A model generated the notes under the pieces. That model was not told where the DNA came from. It searched no databases and worked only from the letters and a program-made list of their open reading frames with translations. A stretch of 63,659 nt of DNA, the filler included, from Collodictyon triciliatum (lineage: Eukaryota), in assembly GCA_043381765.1 (NCBI GenBank). It is 7 parts of 7 records of this genome, joined end to end, with 100 filler letters (N's around TTAATTAATTAA, not from the genome) between each part and the next. Parts side by side here need not be neighbours in the genome. Positions count along the whole stretch, not along the records: positions 9,905 to 19,706 come from JBHJMP010002891.1; positions 19,807 to 29,613 come from JBHJMP010002892.1; 5 more parts are not named here. The stretch is one strand, 5' to 3'. Shown in pieces: positions 10,855-22,722 of the stretch (position 1 is the first letter of the stretch; every line of letters begins with the position of its first letter). A program made the position numbers and the translations under genes.

Positions 10855-13308
10855 ATGAATCGCCTCTCGGCCAACCTGGGGATCAACTGGCAAGCAGAGG
10901 AGTTCCGAGGCACCCTGCAACTCGGTGCTCGTCGTGCTTTGGAGGGTTGGCTCGGTGTCTCTTTCGATCGTGCCTCGTGAGTGCTTTTAATATGCTTTGT
11001 AATTTTGCCGCCTTTACCCTCTTTCATATTTTTCTAATGCCTTTCTCACATTTATCACCATTTCCTCATCTTCTTTTTTCTCAAAAAAATGCTTTCTCCT
11101 TTTCTTTGTGCCATATATGCCTCATTTTCGTGCTTATGACGGAATCAAAAAGACCAACTGGGGCAAAAGCCGCAAACCTCAGTGAGAGAGAAAAAATCGA
11201 GAGCGTTAGGAAGTTTGCGATGAAGTGGAAAGAGAAGGTCTCAGTTTTTAACGAATTATTTTATCTGCAGTTATATATATGAATTCTGTATATAGATTTT
11301 AACATTTAATTCCATGAAACAATTTGCTTACTTTTGCTTTTCTTTTTCCACGTCTCTGTGTGGCTACAATAAAGGCTCTCAATAAGAGCGAGGCAGCATC
11401 AGACAGCGGCGCAGGAACGCATTCTGTGCCAATGTTACGCCCGAAAACTTCATCGCCGATCTCTAGACCAGTGGGCGACGATTTCATGATGCAGTGGAGA
11501 GAGAAACCATCCTTCTGGATCAAGGCTGATGATGTAAAACGACCATCTTCTCTCCTTCATTCACAAATATTGACCTCTCGTGCCATAGAATGCGTAGCAA
11601 ATATACTCGACAGTTTAATACCATGTCTTGGTCACACACAGATACATACATACACACATACAAATACACCCTAACATTAATTTGGATATTCGCCACATAC
11701 TCAGCCTGACATGGAAGACCTGGAGGGAAACACTGACTTTCTTCAGGACCTTACTGCTGGCTCAGCGCGCAGTTTGTTCTCTTCATATACTCATTCGGAT
11801 TTTTTCTTTTGATTCAATCCATCAACATTTTTTCTATCGTTCTTGCTTTCTACTATTGCTTTTTGTATATTTGTTTGTTTGTTTTTTTTGTTCTTTGTTT
11901 TTTCTTTTTTTCTTTTTTTTCTTTTTTCTTTTTTTTCTTTTTTTCTTTGTATCTTTGTATCTTTGTATCTTTGTATCTTTGTTTTTTGTTGCTTTACCAG
12001 TGAATAAACATTTTGTTTATTCATCATCATCTAAAATTGGGAGGATTCCCCTCCGAAATATATAAAATATACATATATGCTATCTGAACGTGAAGTAATT
12101 TTCATCTGCGACATAGCTGGACACACCGGCGCGCGGGTCTTGAAGCGCCAACAAACGGACATCACAATGGAGATGCTGAGTGACCCGAACGGACTCGTTC
12201 AACCTGAACAGCAAATGTTTGTGTTAGGCGCCGAATATCCATTTTTATGCAATTTGTACATCATGAATATTTTTTCTTGGGGGTGTCTGGCAGATAGTTT
12301 CAAATCACGCTACTATTGTTTTTTTTTTTTAATATCGCATTCACTGATCTCTGTAGGCCACCAGGGGCAAAAAAGAAAAAGAAACCTAGAACACCATACT
12401 TTATTTACGGCATGTCAATTGTGCACCTCGTGATTGTTTGTGTTGAGGTAATCGCGCATCATAATTCCTGGGTGTTTTACTCTCCTGTGCCATTGGAGAA
12501 TTATTTTTAATTAAAAATTCCGCTGGTAGCTTTTTTTTTTTTTTTTTTATCATTCCTTCTGATGCAGAAACCAATACAGGTGTACATCAATGGAGGATTC
12601 CAGCCTTTCAATCTGAATCCGTGGGGCGGACCAAGCACGCAAGTACTCTTGGATATGGGCGCAAAGTACGGACCCTACATGTTGCCTCCTAAGGACGACA
12701 AATACCGCTTTGTAACGCCGATGTTTCTCCATGTGGGATTTATCCACTATTTTATGAACATGTCCTTCCAGATGAATGTTGGCAAAGATCTGGAGATTGA
12801 GTACGGAATGCTTCGAATCATTCCAATATATGTAATTGCCGGTATTGGAGGGAACGTGGCAAGCGCCTTGTTTGTTCCTAACCGCATTCAAGTCGGAGCG
12901 TCTGGCTCACTCTATGGTCTGATGGGATGCATGCTCATCGATTTGTTTCAAAATTGGACGCTGTTACAGAAGCACAAGATGAAGCCTGGGAAAATCCTAT
13001 TCCAGATGATAATTCAAATTCTGATTTCTCTCGCCATGGGACTTTTGCCTGGTATCGACAACTTTGCCCATATTGGCGGGATGATTACAGGAATCCTTGC
13101 CGGCATCATTTTCCTGCCGCACATCAATCTGAACAAACGAAGCGCCGTCTTTAAGCTCATTCTTGCTTTAGTAGCGGTCATCGGTCTCATCATCTACTTT
13201 GCTGTTGGTCTGACACAATTCTACGACCAGGTCGATGGGGCGGAATGGTGTCACGCTTGCACCTACCTCAGTTGTCTGTCGGCAGTCTTCAATTGCGAAG
13301 ACTTTTAA
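10855..13308 (+). CDS. Rhomboid intramembrane serine protease with a long N-terminal cytosolic region (true start may be further upstream)
   Basis: The large last exon has NPWGGPS..LLDMGAK, YRFVTPMFLHVGFIH, catalytic GASG, DNFAHIGG and C-terminal WCHACTYLSC. TM1 exon PRTPYFIYGMSIVHLV lies at ~12358-12447. Short upstream GT-AG exons are present. Confidence 0.9.
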
Positions 13309-14036
13309 GATTGCTAATTCTTTTTACCCTCTGAGCACCACAAATGAATGATGGGCATTATTTTTTGTGGTTTATTCGTTGCATCACATCCCATGTCCTG
13401 TTCGTCAAACAAAAGAAATAAAACCAGAAACACTAGCAATTGGGAGGTTTGCGTGTTTCCTTTTTTCCTTTCTCCTTTTTCCTTTTTTCCTTTTCCTTTT
13501 CCTTTTATTTTTCCATTTCCCGCACTTCTTGGCCCACTCACTTCCATTCTATCCCACATCCCTTTTCGGTGGGCACGGGCGGTTTCGAGGTTTTTAACGT
13601 ATGTTGTGGGTATCTCAGAAACCGGTTTTCGGATAATAGTCTACGAAAAGGAATCATAGGATTTGTTGGAGCAAACAAGCCGCGGTTTATTTGTGCAGCA
13701 AATGGGATTGCACATGGCGGAAGGGAAAAAAATTAGCGGTTTTGAAAAATATTGTGCGAACAAGAAAACCCCATTCTCAGCGCAGAATGCTCTGCGGATA
13801 GCAAGATTCAAATGCACACTTGATAGTCGATACTGCGATGCATTCTTCTTCTATTCTATCCCCACAACCTCAGCACCCCTCTGAATTTATTGCCTCTTAC
13901 CAGTCAAACTAGCTCTCAAAGTTGTCGTACCCGTGCTTATGAATGGCACACTTTTGAGGTACCCGACAGGAGAAAAAAGACGAAAAGGAGTTAATAGGTT
14001 GAATCTTTGGAATCTAGTTGTCGGCAAGACGCAGTA

Positions 14037-17000
14037 TTACTGGTAATCTTCAATGGCATGGTCGAACAGCGCTAGTTCTGTAACGAGGCTCCCATCGCCA
14101 TTTAGTTCGTGCCAGCAAGGGAGATTTGTAATTCCTCGAGGCACCCTGCAAACCTTTGATTCCTGTATTTTGTTTCTCATGTACAGGTGCCTCAGATTGG
14201 TTAAAGCGGTGATTCCTGCAGCAAGCTCGTTCATCTGAAAAATGTGTGATTTTTTCAAAATAACATATGGTGTGTTTTTATAACTCATAGAGAAACTATG
14301 TATTTGTTTGCATACCTGATTGTCAATAATGTCTAGATATGTCAGATGCGCCATGTTTGATATTCCTGTTGGAAGGCAAGATATCTACCATAAATAAGAA
14401 AATAAGACAATCGGCACTTCTGATATAAAAAAAATTTTTTTTAAAAAAAATACTTTGTTGGAGGACAAATCTAACGCTATCAGGTTAGTCAGCAAAAGGC
14501 ATTGTTGAGGAAATGTTGTGAGCTGTTTTCATAGAATGTAGTTTAGTTAAGTACTTGGTATTCATTTTTTTCTTTTAAATTTTGTTAAAAGCAATTATGT
14601 GAATAAACTAACGTTGTTCGAATGCAAATACAGCTTCCTCAGTTTAGTCAATTGAGATAATGAATCTGGGACAACAGACAACCCCATCGCACCCATCCAC
14701 AAAGAAGTAGCTTGATGAATTCCATGAACAAAAGGTGTATATCTCATACTTTGTTGTTGAATGCTGTTGAATCCTAGTTTGACATCACATTCCCATGTGT
14801 AGTTTTTCTCGCCAGCGTCGGCCTCTAATGAGATGTGATCGTTTATGAACTGGGATGCGAAAGAGAGCTCATTTCGAGGAAAAGAATGGCCACCATACAC
14901 ATCAGCTTTCTCTAACTTCGAAATAGTATCGCCGTTCAGTTTCCATGCTTTAACTTTTTCGACTAATCTTTTCGAGATAGGATCGTTTTTCTTCTGCATG
15001 AAACTAACAAGTTGAAAGTGACTTAAATCCTTCACATGTTTTTTGGGTAGTGTCGAATCGCCTTCATTCACTGCCTGTTTTGACAAGTGGACAAACTCGA
15101 AAACCTCAGAGGGACTTATGTGGTATCTTAAGATCATAGTATCTTCGCTTAATTTGTCTTGAATATCAGTAACCTCATTCCAGTCCATCGTTGATAACTT
15201 CTCGCCTAGTTTTACGAACCCATGGTCTCGAAGCCACTCCACAAACTCGCCCCGGTGCATATCAAGCAAGTTTGAGTATTTTATTGGAAGCTGAGTATGT
15301 AACACTTCTGAGAGTGGCATGGCTTCATTCGAGGACATGGTACCTATATAATCAGATATTTGCTGTAAAGTCGGTCGAAGCTTATAGTTATGTTTCCAAC
15401 ATGCATTGATCAAGTCCTTTATTTTGACCGGTACATCTGCAGGAATTTCAGGCCTGAGACCCCTAATGACCAGGCTTTGAGGTTGTGTTTCATTTTGGAA
15501 TGGTTCGATGCCGACAAACATGAACCAAATCAGCATTCCCAGCGCATAAACGTTACTCGGCTCTCCACGATGTCCGAGGTTGATTCCAGCGTCTCCATAC
15601 ATCGTGTCATCATCAAAATAGTGGGGTTTACATGCAACTTCATGAATCTCAGGACCTTGCCAATTGGATGTACCTCCTTGTTTCAATTCACCAAATCTCG
15701 TTGGAAGATTAGAACCAACTTTTTCCAGGTCACGGTGACTGACGATTCCAAAGTCCACGATTTTCACTGTCTCGTTGACGACCATGATATTGTCGGCTTT
15801 CAAGTCTTCATGATAAAGATTTTTCAACTGCATATGGATAAGGCCGTATGAAATTTGTTTTGAATAGGACAAAATCTGAGAAATCGAGGGCTTCTTTTCA
15901 TACATTTCCATCATTCTTTTCAACGTGATTCCTGCATTTTCCATAACCATAAAAAAATCATTATCCTTTCTGTATACACCAAATAAATTTACGACATTCT
16001 CAAGGCCTCGGCACTCAAACAAGAATTTGGTTTCTAAAATCACAGATTCGATTACTTCACTCATGCTTTGAGGTCCTGTCTGACCGATTGTTTGAATTTT
16101 TACGACTGTTTCTTTCCCTTTGTATTTTGTTTTGTACACACGTCCATAGGCTCCCTTACCGAGATATTCAACCAATTCCACCGGTTCATTTATCCAGGCA
16201 TCCTTGAGTTCAACATCTATGGACACTAATTTCAGAGCTTTTTCGAGTTTTCTTCTAACCGTGTACCTCTGAACTCTTGTTGACGACCTCTGTGCTATTC
16301 CTTGAAACATACAAATAACAAATAAGTGTCCTTCATAAGCAAAACACACAATAGGCAAATTTTGAGACTCTTTATTAAAAAATAACAAGAAGAATTACCT
16401 GGCTCCATGAAAACACGCCCTTGTTTAACAATCTTAATATCCAAATGGTGTTCTTTCGAGCAGACTGTTAGTTCAGAGTCATCTATTCTTGTCGATGTCT
16501 GAATATTACCGTTCTCATCATTGAGACGGCAAGTTGGACATTCTAATTGGCAGTATTGAATAAAGTTCGGTCTTATGGATGCTATCTGGTTTACCAAATG
16601 ACAAAGAACATCAAATATTGGAATGCTGAGGTCACTATCGTCATCTCGAGCTACATCATACTTTCGAATGTTGATAGAAATATGATTTTGGCTAATTTGA
16701 TACAAAACAAGATAATCACTTCCTGGAGTCAACTTTAAGTCTTTGGATTCTTTTTCGCATTCAGCTTTCAAATGTATAAGAGCGAGGTCCTTGAAAAAGT
16801 AGTCTTCATATTGAGTACCAGCTGGGGCTTCTTTAGTGAATCTCAGAGTCTGGGCGATGATATTGCTTTTATCAGAAATTTGAACCTCTCCACGCGTCAC
16901 TATTTTTATTGAATATTCTGTAATACAATTGGACTCCGGCTGCTCATTCCATAAAACAGATCGATTTTGGCAATTCTCCATCAAAGAAGGAAAAGCTATG

Positions 17001-19469
17001 CATTCCTTGTTAAAGTGAATTCCTAGTCCAAAATGGTCGAATATACTAACAACTGTGTTGTAAACTTTCTCATCTAGCTCAATCCTAAGTTCTCTTTCAA
17101 TTTTTTCTTTTAATCTTACTAAGAGGATGATCCCGTTCGATCTTCTTCCGATGCCCTTGAAGCTAAAGACACACCGAAAGATACTGATGAGAAACAGCGG
17201 GTCAAGAAAAACGATATCCTTAACATTCGCTAATGAAGAGTACCAAACGATGGAACCCAGATCGTGCAAGAATTTAAGAGCGTTTTGAATTTGGTTTGCA
17301 TTCATACTCAGCTGCTTCTCTGCAAAATCGTATGTATTCCTAATTTCCTCATATTTCATGAATTTTCCTTTCGAATCTAGATACTCTTTAAGGCGAACAT
17401 ATGCTTTGGGAACTTCCTGATTCATATTGCCCAGTTGCATCATACCCTCATATATTACCTTCTTCAGCCCCGAAATTTTTCTTCCGCTTTTATTACTAAC
17501 TCTTAAATCTGTATGAATGAATGTGTGTTGCTGATTCGTTTTCTTTTTTAATTCGTTATCCTTGATTCGTTTAATTTCTGTCAGCATTTCATCCTTGCAC
17601 TCTCGTTTTTGGCAATCTTTGTGCGTTCCAGCGATTATAATTTTCGAGCCAGGTGCAAAATCGTCAAGCATTTTTATCCAGCGCGCGAGATTGTTCCTTT
17701 CTTTACTTTGGTCAAGTCTGTACAAAATCAAAACAAGTGCACCTGATGATAAAAAGAACGGATGTGTGACTTGAAATTCTTCTTGTCCACCAAAGTCCCA
17801 TATCCTCATGGAAATCTTTGTTTTAAAAACCCTCCCCATGACAGACTCATCGATGTCCACATGTGCAATACCATCGGTTCTCTCTCGTTGGTTGTCTGTA
17901 GTGCTGTTAAAGAATAAAGATGTTTGCATAATCGACTTTGTAAGCGTCGTCTTGCCTGTTTCACCCTCTCCAAGTAGTAGAAGTCTTCCATGCGTCCATT
18001 TAATGTTACCATTTATTGAAGCCTCGAGAAAATCAAACACAGCCTCCGATCCATTTAGAATGACGTTTTCAGGGATATTTTTACTCGGATTTCCATCAAT
18101 AAACAATCCGCCTCTCAATCCTCTTGGTTTGACCAAAAAGGCTGGGATATTTTTAATCTAGAAAATAAATTGAAAGGTGTGTTTATATTCAATTAATATG
18201 GTAATTCTTTGATTGCAGAAGAGGCCTGCTGGCTACCTGATTGTTTGATAGAATCAATTTGTTCAGGTTTGTGAGGCTGGCCACTGATTCGGGTACGTAC
18301 TCAATCTATTATTATCAGAAGCATTTGAATTTGTAGAATTCAGTGGGGTGTAAACAATCTCCTAAGTATAATTCGGCTTGAATTTCCAGGTACGTTTACC
18401 ACAGATAAAATAAAATTGAATAAATCGTGAGTGGTTCTAACGTTGATGACTAAATTTAACATAATGTTGTCATTTTAAAATTTCTTGATTATGAAAACGG
18501 GGCAAAAAAAAAAAACAAACAATATTAACCTTGTTATGACCCAAATTTAAACTTTTTAACATCTTTAATGACGATATTTCATCTGGAAAAATGGGGATCT
18601 AAATGGAAAAAAAATTCGTAAATATCAGTATCCCTAGACTCTGCCAGAAGTATTTGTATTCGACATGTTTTCTTGTTAGAATTGCTTATCAGATGTAATC
18701 GTATGAATTTATAACAACCTGATTATGTGATACATCCAATGTAACCATTAAAGTCATCAAACTGATGAACATAGGTAAGCGATCGAGCTAAATTTTGTTT
18801 TCATAGCGAATCATTGAGTTTTGACATTAAGTAATTAAAAGCATATGAATTTTATTACCTTATTATGGCTTATATCTATATGCTTCATATTTGTCATAGC
18901 TGACATGTCTGGTAGTGTAGAGATCTATGATTGAAAGATTGATTGGGAAGAGTGTGAGAAAATACATAGACAGAGTTTCTACTTCATAGCTATCCCTTTT
19001 AAAAAGTCATGATGAGGAGTAGTTGAATAATAGAAGTGGTTAAAGATATGAGAACCATTATTAAAATCAGTAAATATGTTTTTAATAAATAAAGGGAAAT
19101 TCATGCAGAAATAACATGATTCTTGGACACGTCTAACGTCTCCACCAACTTTAATGAACAGATAGCCATTGGAATTTGAGAGAACTGTTTTGGAAAAAAT
19201 GTTAATGGCATGTAATCACTAACATTTGGTTCAATAAGATATTTTCAGCAACCTTGTTGAAACTTATGTCGAGGTGTTTCATGTTTGTAAGTGTAGAAAT
19301 GCGATCCGGTAGACAAGAAAACTAAAACGAAACCTTTAATTTCTCACAATCTTATAAAATACACCAAGAGATTAAATTACAATCAAATTCACACGAAGAC
19401 CTGATTATTGGATACATCGAGAATCTCTAGTAAACCAAGCTCGCAGAATGCAAGGGGTAAATGTGAAAA
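14037..19469 (-). CDS. Roco protein: (LRR)7+ - Roc GTPase - COR - TKL kinase - two SAM-like domains - C-terminal LRRs; 5' end missing
   Basis: Roc: GEGETGKT, IWDFGGQEEF, GTHKD. COR: LKFLHDLGSI, VFLDP. Intron 16301-16398 joins COR to the kinase. Kinase: GKGAYGRVY, VVK, HEDLKADN, DFG, GTSNWQGPE, CW..NYKLRP. N-terminal LRR exons: 19401-19469, 19253-19321, 19116-19184, 18859-18924, 18719-18787, 18530-18598, 18237-18305. C-terminal exons: 14454-14522, 14316-14384, 14037-14234. Confidence 0.92.
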
Positions 19470-19918
19470 CTAGTTTAAATTTTAAAAATCATTACTTTTC
19501 TCCTTTTTCTCTTTTTTTCTCTTTTTTCTCTTTTTTCTCTTTTTTCTCTTTTTTTTCTCTTTTTTCTCTTTTTTCTCTTTTTTCTCTTTTTTCTCTTTTT
19601 TCTCTTCTTTCTATTTTTTCTATTTTTTCTATTTTTTCTATTTTTTCTATTTTTTCTATTTTTTCTATTTTTTCTATTTTTTCTATTTTTTCTATTTTTT
19701 CTATTTNNNNNNNNNNNNNNNNNNNNNNNNNNNNNNNNNNNNNNNNNNNNTTAATTAATTAANNNNNNNNNNNNNNNNNNNNNNNNNNNNNNNNNNNNNN
19801 NNNNNNACGGCAAGGAAGCGGATGACACCAGAAGCCATCTGCAGAGCTATTCATGTCAAGAGGTTTGATGTAAAATAACAGATCACAAACCAGTCCCAGG
19901 CGAGCTCGAAGAAGATTC

Positions 19919-19978
<60 letters not shown>

Positions 19979-20900
19979 ACAAAAAGAAGGGGTGCGGGTT
20001 AAAAAAAAAAAAAAGAGAAAAAAAAGTTGGAAAAGAATAGGGAAACAACATGCCAGAGTTTCCAACCCAGCAGCATCGATGATTGTGAGAAGTGGAAAAA
20101 AGAAAAAGAAACTAGACAGTGAACCACACACGCTCCGTTTGCCGGGTCATTCGGTCTGTCGCATCAAAGGTTACGTCTGCGCGAACAACATCTGTTTTTG
20201 TTTGCCATTTGCTCCCAACAACCGCACAACAGAAACACCTTAGAGAGTACGCCCAACCGAAAGAGAAAATGCCAAAAACAAAAAAAAACTCAAACGCGTT
20301 TTGAACGTCGTTTTATCCTCCTATGGTTAATTTACCCGGTACATATGTGGCTATTAAGCTTTTGTGTCGAATTTCCGTGAAACCATTCAATCTCATTGGG
20401 AAGTTGTCAACGCCTACATCCAGGAACTGGCACGTTTTTGTGGGAGCCAACGAATCTACATGCGGAATTTAATTTAATTACAAGAAAAAATCACCAATGC
20501 CACATTTCAACAATCCTTATTCCGAAAAACAGTTGAAATCATTAAAAAAACATATCACCATAGATTATGTATAAAACCTTACAGTTAATCTGAGCTTGTA
20601 AATGTAATTGCAACCCTTTTGTTAGCAGAACAAAATCGAAACACCGAAGCAAGCAGAAGCACACTCTTTATCTCGCCAAATAAACACACACTAAAATAAA
20701 TAGATAAAAAAAAGAAAAGAAAAGAAGAGGCAGCACAGCCCGAGCACCATCTACGCAACCCAGTGCGAGCTATGGACGGCCAGAAGCGGGTCAGCCTCGG
20801 AAACAAAAGTACGCCTCAAACACTTCTCTCCTCCTCTCCCTCTGCGCGTGCCCCTTTGCCGAAAACCCACACACAAACGCATAATTACAATTAAAAAAAA

Positions 20901-20995
20901 ACTACAACTACAACTACTACTACAACTACAACTACAACTACAACTACAACTACAACTACAACTACAACTACAACTACAACTACAATTACAACTAC
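20901..20995. repeat. (CAACTA)n microsatellite
   Basis: Direct tandem repeat. Confidence 0.9.
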
Positions 20996-21069
20996 ATAAA
21001 GCCCGGAGAGTAGACCAAGTCACAAGAGACAACTAAAATGACATGTAAATACCCCCCACACAAACCCAC

Positions 21070-22694
21070 ATGTCCCCAGTTGTTCTCCCGCCTATCGCAG
21101 CAAGCCAAGGCGGACAAAGCGCACAAACACCGGGCGGACGAATTCAACTCAGCAGCCCACCAAACAGGGCCGCAGAAAGCCAAGCGCAGCCTCCCACGCA
21201 GAATCAGTCGGAAGCCGCACAGATAAACTACACAAATGCGCCATTCAGCCACGCCGAGTGCGAAGAGGAGCCGCCGATGCTTCTGTTTGGCCAACGCTCT
21301 GTGCCGGTCGCATACACGCCCGAGCCATCAGCGCATCTCACAGGCGCAAACAGCAACGAATCCGCTCACCGAAGCAGCGCTTCAATGCCAGAAAGCAACC
21401 GGGTAGATGGCCGAACCATGCATGCAAACAAGCACTCGTCGCCTTTTCCTTCCTCCTCTCCGTCGACTACCTCATACCCAAACCCCGGTGCAAACGCTGG
21501 TGCATATGGGTACAACACAATGCCGTATGCAAATGCCATGCAAATGCCGTATATGATGCAGTATCCGCAGATGCCCATGCAGTACCTCCCGATGCAGTAT
21601 CCCCAGATGTCTATGCAAATGCAAACGCCGATGCAAATGCCGGTGAACGCGCAGCCGCCTGGCGGATATTGGCCATCTCCAAACACAGTGCAGATGACAG
21701 CTAATGCAAGTCGCCCTGCACCGCTGCCCTTTGCTGTGCCTTCCTATGCTCCGTGGCCCACCCACAACTCATTTGTCACGCAACCAGCTGCTGGCCTTGG
21801 ACAGCAGTATCCCTTGCCTAACACGGCCAATCAAATCGTGAACCCTCATCGAAACGCTGAGTCGCCCACAGTTTTGAATAGGCAAATAGTGCTTGATTCC
21901 AACCGAGGCGACGTGGCTTCTCCAAAGCCACTCCCCTTGATGAACCGACACGCAGATATGGGCGCTCCTGGATACCAAGAGTGTGTTTTTCTTTCCCCAT
22001 TTCGTCTTTTCTATCTCTTTTTGAAGGTCTCTGCTTTAACTTTCTGTTTGGTTAAAATCTCGAGAGTTTGCACATAACGTGTTTGAAGTGCCGTTTTTCT
22101 TCAAAGTTATTTGCGAAATGGAATTAATTAAAGCCTGTGATTGTATTTATTTGTACATACGCCTCAATATGTTGGTTTTTAGGCCAGTCAATAGGGCGAC
22201 TGCTCCTGGCCCCGTCAAACCAAAAAGTTATGTCTGCAGTGAGTTACCAGATGCTCACCAACCATTCAAAAATCAATTATATATTTGTAAAAATATTCCT
22301 TCAATCCAATACAGTAAAAAAACATATAATAAATTAGTCCATTATCATATATTTACTGATCAGGAACATTTCATATAGGTATCAGTTAAGTGGGAGTGCT
22401 ATTTTGATACAAAAAAAATTATGTAATCGTTCCTACCCATCAACAGACGCAGTATCGTTCTCTTTTCTAAAAAAAAAATATATAGTACAAAGCAGTGCCG
22501 TAACAAAAAAAATCTTTATTTTTGTCCCAGTTAATCATCCTTTTTTTTTGTTTGTTTTTTTGTTTGTTTTTTTGTTTGTTTTTTTGTTTGTTTTTTTGTT
22601 TGTTTTTTTGTTTGTTTTTTTGTTTGTTTTTTTGTTTCAGCCAGATTCGTGTGTAATCGAATTCATAGGTCTTTCGAAGCCCACACCAAAGTAA
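21070..22694 (+). CDS. Hypothetical Pro/Gln/Met/Tyr-rich low-complexity protein; 3' exons uncertain
   Basis: GC-rich ~300-codon first exon with MQYPQM repeats and a donor near 21981. Plausible short exons at ~22183-22226 and ~22641-22694. Confidence 0.5.
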
Positions 22695-22722
22695 TATTTT
22701 GCTTCTTACGAACCGCAATAAG

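Noticed and set aside
10248-11282. 344-aa Phe/Cys-rich ORF and similar F-, K- or RE-rich ORFs (11628, 19448, 38955, 47855)
   Set aside because: These are translations of poly-T tracts and microsatellites, not proteins.
16295-16398. Apparent frameshift or overlap between the Roc-COR ORF and the kinase ORF
   Set aside because: Explained by a normal 98-bp GT-AG intron at 16301-16398.
20330-20480. Possible spliceosomal snRNA (Sm-like TTTTTGTG)
   Set aside because: No recognisable U1, U2, U4, U5 or minor-spliceosome conserved motif.
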